Source: Rebecca billardiae RCC1528 (Eukaryota; Protista; Haptophyta). From it: DNA of 64,000 bases. The stretch is from contig OZ251236.1 in the NCBI GenBank assembly GCA_965240325.2, positions 1,674,001 through 1,738,000 on the forward strand, written 5' to 3'. A model generated the notes under the pieces. The model was not told the DNA's origin and did no database searches. It worked only from the letters and a program-made list of their open reading frames with translations. This document shows, in pieces, positions 60,201 to 64,000 of the stretch (positions within the stretch are counted from its first letter, which is position 1; every line of letters starts with the position of its first letter). Both the position numbers and the translations under genes were made by a program.

Positions 60201-61081
60201 ACGAGCTCACCTTCCGCGCGATGGCGCGCGCGCGCTGCGGCGCCGACACCACCGACAGCGCGCTGCTGCTGCGCCAAGGCTCGCGCGGCAGCGCTGAGGA
60301 CGAGAGCACCCCGCCCAACGGCCGCGCGCCCGGCGGCCACGCGCCCGGCGCGTCCGACCGGCCGCGCAGCAGCCCGGGCACGCCGCTCTCGCGCCCGCGC
60401 TCGCGCGCGACGAGCCTCAAGGAGCGGCCGGAGGAGACGGCGCTCGACCCGGGCGCGCGGCTGCTGCACGTCGAGGTGCGCGAGAGACGCGCGCGCGCAT
60501 ACGCGTGCGTGCGTGCGCGTTGTGCGCTGGCTGTGCCGCGGCTGTGCGCTCGGCGTGCGCCGCGCGCACGCGCGCCCGCGTGCTGCTCACCGGCGTCACC
60601 CACGCGCGCCCTGCCCGCCCTCGGCCGCCCCGCGCGTCGCCCCTTGCGCGCGCAGGACGACCCGATGCTGCAGTTCGCCCTGCAGGCCACGCTGCTCGAG
60701 CCGATCGGCATCCCGTTCGACGTGGCGGGCGACGGCGCTGAGGCGCTGCGCATGCTGCGCGAGCGCGCGCGCCTCGGCGCGCCGCCGTACACGGCCGTGC
60801 TGCTGGACAACCAGATGCCCAACATGAGCGGCGCGCAGGCGGCGAGCGCGATGCGCGCGGAGCTCGGGTACGCCGGCCTCATCATCGGCATCACCGGCGA
60901 CCCGATCGGCTCGCCCGACCGCACCGAGTTCGAGGGCGCGGGGCTGGACGCGTGCGTGGACAAGACGTCGGTCGGCATGGCCAAGATCAAGGCGCTCGTG
61001 CTGCACGCGGCGCAACGGCCCGCGCCCGCGGCGCGCGCGCTGCAGCACGCAAGCGTGCCCGAGGGCGCGAGCGGCGCGTGA
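57263..61081 (+). CDS. H-NOX (HNOB) - multi-TM - hybrid histidine kinase - receiver fusion protein; intron 60476-60655
   Basis: H-NOX residues G3, D44/D45, G71, H105, P118 and CTSVR. HisKA VMHDLRSPL, N box NGMSNATKFT, DDGAG, G2 GGTGLGL, SEGHNRGTTF. Receiver LLHVE|DD, LLDNQMPNMSG, ITG, DK. Confidence 0.9.
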   Translation: MHGHFHVVLRRLVVRDGGDHAWMQVLDMLDEMDEMRLLDLRQHDDSDTMSMVNAARAVLKLDDHAILYKMGQHFVEFLLANGHMGFVRSAGSTIPDLLLNLAAVHAQLVDVYKMADFPQYQVEPAAEGEEGEQVYVSCTSVRGASVLPLTEGILTFVARLEYKQALSMTLLPSPRHGADGTWRVTWRELSEAELAECEAGQHAPTPSAHERRAAATWHTAVAAAAKPSSSSTRASAQLSPTSARAVAAAAAAAPAAPRTLGGRKPSTAEGASARAVASRRPTPLEPGGTGRLDAHPPPEPARARAGTPLNYLNWRRQFHSAKLEAEFRAQVQARVFAARAGMGAGAVLCACVVLGLHGLASAAARAPAPSGAGAALGGAGVGVASAPWGAWPAAAAVAVPTAAVWLCARSATLAHEHGRALELGVCAWLCLLATLVGRTACDEAAGAAGAPLGGGCASAPLAAAARQRAMVAGAGVMVLAGNVIGLELLHLALVLCAVLCANTASALSRHRSGAAEPALDACRDGALFVGLLGYSAQLARARLERERVAFWNERTMASATEKWRELKELELDMLLKANARDVAAGARSRLIRVVMHDLRSPLLSVVSLANMLTAMPAEARLHDKNVVRAVSTINTCTRLMENIVSDMLDFERIDSGRLQLVRAPFTLATLLSEVESVFAPLARNKGVEVVLEPPQPELLAETRQYLGDLQRLVQCLGNGMSNATKFTDAGGEIRLRALQLRPPGPDAQAAAADSVAQRHGSSGNVLEPASPRNRDRPYAHLSVQIIDDGAGLCADDLAMLRAGRLFQQVGLGQMQGRGGTGLGLTIARQMLKLHGDSKLTLHSEGHNRGTTFEVLLKLPVVGEVAPAPRAPPGSLDAALVTAASASGAPGAAAAKRDERSPPTRSRRSRNGSLIASDEEAAASLAVPSSERELDLRLMEACNSRTRGAKKRHLTLEQLVSDDDKAHAEEAALRGRRRSFDELTFRAMARARCGADTTDSALLLRQGSRGSAEDESTPPNGRAPGGHAPGASDRPRSSPGTPLSRPRSRATSLKERPEETALDPGARLLHVEVRERRARAYACVRARCALAVPRLCARRAPRARAPACCSPASPTRALPALGRPARRPLRAQDDPMLQFALQATLLEPIGIPFDVAGDGAEALRMLRERARLGAPPYTAVLLDNQMPNMSGAQAASAMRAELGYAGLIIGITGDPIGSPDRTEFEGAGLDACVDKTSVGMAKIKALVLHAAQRPAPAARALQHASVPEGASGA

Positions 61082-61967
61082 GGGCCCACCTGACTCACCA
61101 TGAGGCATTCTGTCCGATCAGTTACCGACTCCGCATATCAGATCACAATCACGGTACTGGCTCAGTGCTCTCGTCGGCGACAGACGGACAGTCATGCCGC
61201 AAATATATATTATATAACCGACTGTACTCGGCTCGAACTCTCAGACTGAGACTCACTCGTCAGTGAGAGTGTGAGACTCTGAGACTCTGACTGAGTCTCG
61301 TGACTCGTCGTCCGCCGAGACCCGCGAGTCTCTGACTCTGTCTCAAGCGCAGTCGGTATCTGCTGACGCGCATCGTATCGCGTAGTTGGCGTACGCGGTA
61401 CCGGCCGGGGACTTAGACTCAGTTAGAGAGCAGCAGCTAGTGAGAGTCACTCTGAGACGGCTTCGGAACCGCTGCATGAATAACAGCTGCTGAACTCTCC
61501 GGTGTCTCCGGGAAGTCGCGGAGTCGGTCGTCGCGGACCGCGTTCACGACGGGAGTGAACTCACAGACACAATGAAGCCTCCGTGACCGTGGCGCCGCAG
61601 CGGCTCAGCAGTCAGCTGTCAGATCGGAGGCGGGCGAGTCCCGGAGTACTCAGTAGACGTAGTACTCCACGACTCAGTAGTCGCAGCAGTTAGATCGACG
61701 ATCGAGAATCGTGACGATATATATTATACGTGGACTGCGTCCGTGCTGTGATGAGTGCTACTTTGCAGGCGCGCGGTTGCCCAGTCGGAAAATTCCGAGG
61801 CCGCGCGGTCGAAACGCGGCTGGCCCGTAATCCTAACGTATCCGGGGCGCCGCCGCTCAGCACCACAAGCCAGCTCGGGTGCCGATGCGCCCAGTGCGCG
61901 CGAGTCGGGCGCATCATGCCCGGCCGCGGCAGGCGGGCACGCTCGTCCGCCCCGTCGGCGCCCGCGC

Positions 61968-62459
61968 TTAGCGGCGCTGGCCGCCCTTGCCACCGCCGCC
62001 CTTGGGCGCCTTGGGCTGCTTGCCCAGAGCCTTGTTGTCGACCTGCTTTGCACCGCCGCCCGACGGCTTCGGCGCCGCCTTCTTCGCCTGCTGCTTCGCG
62101 CGGTTGCGCTCCTTCGCCTCGCGCAGCGCGGCCTCGCGCGCCGCCGTGCGCACCTCCGGCTTCTGGTTGCGCTTCGCCTTGATCACGTCGAGGGACGCGC
62201 CGACGACCGCCTTGGAGACGCCCTTCTGCACCTTGCGCGAGCGCTTCTTCTGCGTCTCCTCCAGCGTGCCCTTCTTGTGCAACCGGCGGTACATCTGCGT
62301 CCACGCGAGCTTGCGCGGGTTCCACCGGTGCTGGAAGTAGCACTTCACCTTGGCAGACACGAACTTGAACGACTTGTTGTCCTGCCGCACGTACGTGATG
62401 CCGTGGCCCGGGTAGATGCGCGAGCCGCTGAAGGCGCAGACCTCGGTCTTCACGACCAT
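61968..62459 (-). CDS. RPL24: 60S ribosomal protein L24 (eL24); probable 5'UTR intron 62469-62800
   Basis: MVVKTEVCAFSGSRIYPGHG, NPRKLAWTQMYRRLHKKG, KAVVGASLDVIKAKRNQKPEVR. Confidence 0.97.
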   Translation of the reverse strand: MVVKTEVCAFSGSRIYPGHGITYVRQDNKSFKFVSAKVKCYFQHRWNPRKLAWTQMYRRLHKKGTLEETQKKRSRKVQKGVSKAVVGASLDVIKAKRNQKPEVRTAAREAALREAKERNRAKQQAKKAAPKPSGGGAKQVDNKALGKQPKAPKGGGGKGGQRR

Positions 62460-63126
62460 CGCGCCCGCCTGTCTGCACGTGCGCGCGCGCGCGGTGGTCG
62501 CGCGGCGTGGAGGGGCGCGAGCGCGTGAGCGCCCGCCCACAGCGCGCTGGCCGCCGGAGACCACGGCGTTGCCACCCCACCAGCCAGGCGGCCGCGGCCG
62601 AGCCCAATCACCCATGGCTGGCAGCACGAGAGCGCGGCCGCGCGCGGGCACGGAGCGTGCGTGGCATGACGCGGCGTCGTCGGAGCGTGGGCTCCGCGAC
62701 GCGTTCGAGCTCCACCACGTGCGCGTGCTCACGCCGCGCCCGCAGGCCACGCCCACGTCCGCGCGCCGCGGCGCCCCGCGGGCAGCGCCAAGCGCCTCAC
62801 CTAGTCTGCGCTGTACCAGGTCTGGCGACACGGGGTCACGTATGAGGTCCGGTGGCGTGCTGGTGGCGGTCCGGTGCTGCGGCCCGGAACCTCCGGCCGG
62901 GGAGAAAATGCCGCGCGAACTTTAATACTCAAAACTTCATCGCCGCACCGGCAGCAGGTCAAAAAGACAAAAAGCCCGACGACGATTTTCGCAGCGCCTT
63001 GTTTCCGTCGCTCGGCGAAAACGCCATCGTGTCGCAGCCAGAATCCGTTGCAAGATCGATCACAGATCAGCAGGGCGGCAGCCGTGGCGTTGCGCCCTGG
63101 TCGCGCTGCCGAGCGCTGGGCGCAGC

Positions 63127-64000
63127 ATGGGCAGCGAGCAGGACGCGCGGCTCCTGTGGCTGGAGGAGCGGCTGGTGGCGACGCTCCGCGGCGTCAAGCC
63201 CGAGCGCTTCCGCCGGCTGCTCACCACCGACGCCGGCCGCCACATCCATGACTTTGTGCGCAAGGAGGAGACGCGCCGCCTCTTCTTTGTCGACAGCCCG
63301 ATGGCGAAGGATCTGCTCGTGTCCGAGGTGCCTCCGGTGGGCAAGGCGCTCGCGGGCGCGCGCAAGTTCATGTACTTCATCAAGAGCCGCCCCGAGGCGC
63401 TCACGCCCGACAACATGGACCGCGTCGTCGCGTGCGGCGACGTGGGCGGCCCGCCGCTCGAGCACCTGTACAAGATGTGCCAGGACGTCTTCCTGCCCAT
63501 CCTGTCGAACCCGGCGAACCAGGAGGGCTGGCCCGAGGTGATCTCGCGCGAGGTGATGGAGCACTTCCACCGCCTCATCGCCAACATCTACGTCACGATC
63601 GGCCAGTCGCAGGGGCGGACGCTGCTGCCGCTGCCGCCGCTCGACGTGCTCGCGCTCGGCGGGCCCGAGCACTCGGCCGTGCGCGACAAGGAGCGCGTGC
63701 ACGTGCTCGAGACGGCGGTGGTGACGTGGACGCGGCAGATCCGCAACGTGCTCAAGACCGAGCCCGAGCAGGCCCTGCAGGACGGCGAGCACCCCGGCCC
63801 GCTCGCCGAGGTCGAGTTCTGGCAGCAGAAGGCCGCCAACCTGAGCTCGGTCTCCGAGCAGCTGGACGGCGACAAGGTGAAGAAGGTCGTGCGTGTGCTC
63901 GAGCTGACCAAGTCGACGTACTTCCCGGCGTTCACGCGGCTGGCGAAGGAGGTCGCGGTCGCGTGCGCCGAGGCGTCGGACAACGCCAAGTACATGACCG
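63127..64000 (+). CDS. Axonemal outer-arm dynein heavy chain (beta/DNAH9-17-like), 5' part only
   Basis: This frame is missing from the ORF track because it has no stop in the window. It reads VFLPILSNPANQEGWPEV, YVTIGQSQGRTLLPLP, VHVLETAVVTWTRQIRNVL, PGPLAEVEFW..KAANL and KSTYFPAF (DHC_N1 tail). Confidence 0.92.
   Translation, partial: MGSEQDARLLWLEERLVATLRGVKPERFRRLLTTDAGRHIHDFVRKEETRRLFFVDSPMAKDLLVSEVPPVGKALAGARKFMYFIKSRPEALTPDNMDRVVACGDVGGPPLEHLYKMCQDVFLPILSNPANQEGWPEVISREVMEHFHRLIANIYVTIGQSQGRTLLPLPPLDVLALGGPEHSAVRDKERVHVLETAVVTWTRQIRNVLKTEPEQALQDGEHPGPLAEVEFWQQKAANLSSVSEQLDGDKVKKVVRVLELTKSTYFPAFTRLAKEVAVACAEASDNAKYMT

Noticed and set aside
57143-60469. 1108-aa minus-strand ORF
   Set aside because: Antisense shadow of the histidine kinase.

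Overview
This is very GC-rich eukaryotic nuclear DNA. Its short GT(GCGC)...(GCGC)AG spliceosomal introns, axonemal dynein, GH81 glucanase and SPn-repeat giant protein fit a flagellated alga, most likely a pavlovalean haptophyte such as Diacronema (inferred, not searched). About 18 protein genes are present: GH81 beta-1,3-glucanase, SDR, a putative Tat-lumen protein, a hypothetical protein, GT90, a histidine phosphatase, a two-repeat Myb/zinc-knuckle/polyQ factor, SPCS3, a Cdc37-motif/BAG-like protein, an SPFH protein, a C69 peptidase, a ~5600-aa extensin-stalked REJ/GPS polycystin-like receptor, FAM210/DUF1279, a YqiA-like esterase, a TPR-GT41 OGT-like protein, a hybrid histidine kinase, RPL24 and the start of an outer-arm dynein heavy chain. 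At least six TIR-bounded elements lie between the genes. The best candidate for a novel system is one polypeptide (57263-61081) fusing an H-NOX heme gas-sensor domain (His105, Pro118, CxSxR), an adenylate-cyclase-like membrane anchor, HisKA/HATPase and a receiver domain. The second is a 2.6-kb element with 25-bp TIRs and a 9-bp TSD that carries a broken SNF2 helicase. It shares its TIR core and a 40-bp flanking motif with a MITE about 29.5 kb away. Family assignments come from motif recognition by eye; no database searches were run.
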